In this document: one piece after another, positions 63,770-64,000 of the stretch
Numbering within the stretch: the first letter of the stretch is position 1
Layout: each line of letters starts with the position of its first letter
Source of the DNA: Calditrichia bacterium
GTDB lineage: Bacteria > Calditrichota > Calditrichia > JAJRVZ01
Assembly (NCBI GenBank): GCA_963796965.1
Contig: CAWCNS010000007.1
Span: 1-64,000 of the forward strand
Direction: 5' to 3'
DNA: 64,000 nucleotides
The notes under the pieces: model-generated
Databases searched by the model: none
What the model was told of the DNA's origin: nothing
What the model saw: the letters and a program-made list of their open reading frames with translations, nothing else
Position numbers and translations under genes: made by a program

Positions 63770-64000
63770 ATGAACTCCCAGTTATTTAAATATCTATTGA
63801 GTATAATAATTTTCATATGTTTAACGAGCTGTAATTCTAAGAAGGAAGACAATATGATAATGAAAGAAAATCCAGGTGGCACATTTGGTGAAGATCTCAC
63901 ATTTTTGAAGAATTATGGAGACGTCGTAGTTTTAAAAAATGAAAGCGAAAAGGCTCAAGTCCTTGTGTCCCCCAAATTGCAGGGGAAGGTTATGACGAGT
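63770..64000 (+). CDS. Lipoprotein (partial; DUF6786-like)
   Basis: MNSQLFKY...LTSC lipobox and GTFGEDLTFL...VSPKLQGKVMTS; runs off the window end. Confidence 0.55.
   Translation, partial: MNSQLFKYLLSIIIFICLTSCNSKKEDNMIMKENPGGTFGEDLTFLKNYGDVVVLKNESEKAQVLVSPKLQGKVMTS

Noticed and set aside
1..64000. tRNA or rRNA genes
   Set aside because: No cloverleaf or rRNA-like conserved segments were recognised by eye; a tRNAscan-SE/barrnap run would confirm.

Overview
AT-rich bacterial chromosomal window. A secreted protein with a 'QNYPNPFN...TKKMLLLK' C-terminal domain and the gene content suggest an FCB-group organism, possibly Calditrichota/KSB1-like (inference). Many 1-bp indels, including in lptC and mutL, look like assembly error. 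Positions ~1-8.8 kb hold an integron cassette array of 7 attC sites with no integrase in the window. The cassettes encode a membrane protein, a GC-rich metallophosphoesterase, a Phd/VapC toxin-antitoxin pair, a SAM methyltransferase, a BcrAB-like ABC transporter and TrmO. The 7th attC is split at a CA core by a 1.65-kb IS110-family element. Its ~515-nt 3' non-coding end folds by eye into three similar guide-loop domains: two spell attC-like targets (GCCTAA-CA-AGCGC and CCCTAA-CA-AGAGC) and one spells the element's own end junction. This is a candidate bridge/seek RNA with duplicated target loops and is the top finding. The rest is mostly core and metabolic DNA: DEAD-box helicase, M1 peptidase, GH2-like protein, Ser/Thr kinase, two PTS IIA proteins, kdsC to lptCAB, an ArsC-like probable pseudo-enzyme, mutL-miaA, SPS-SPP with sucrose synthase, a namZ-GT2-ROK-SpoIID-ampG cluster and carbohydrate enzymes. 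Intergenic regions are dense with REP-like, heptamer and nonamer repeats, including a triplicated hairpin-flanked DUF559 fragment.
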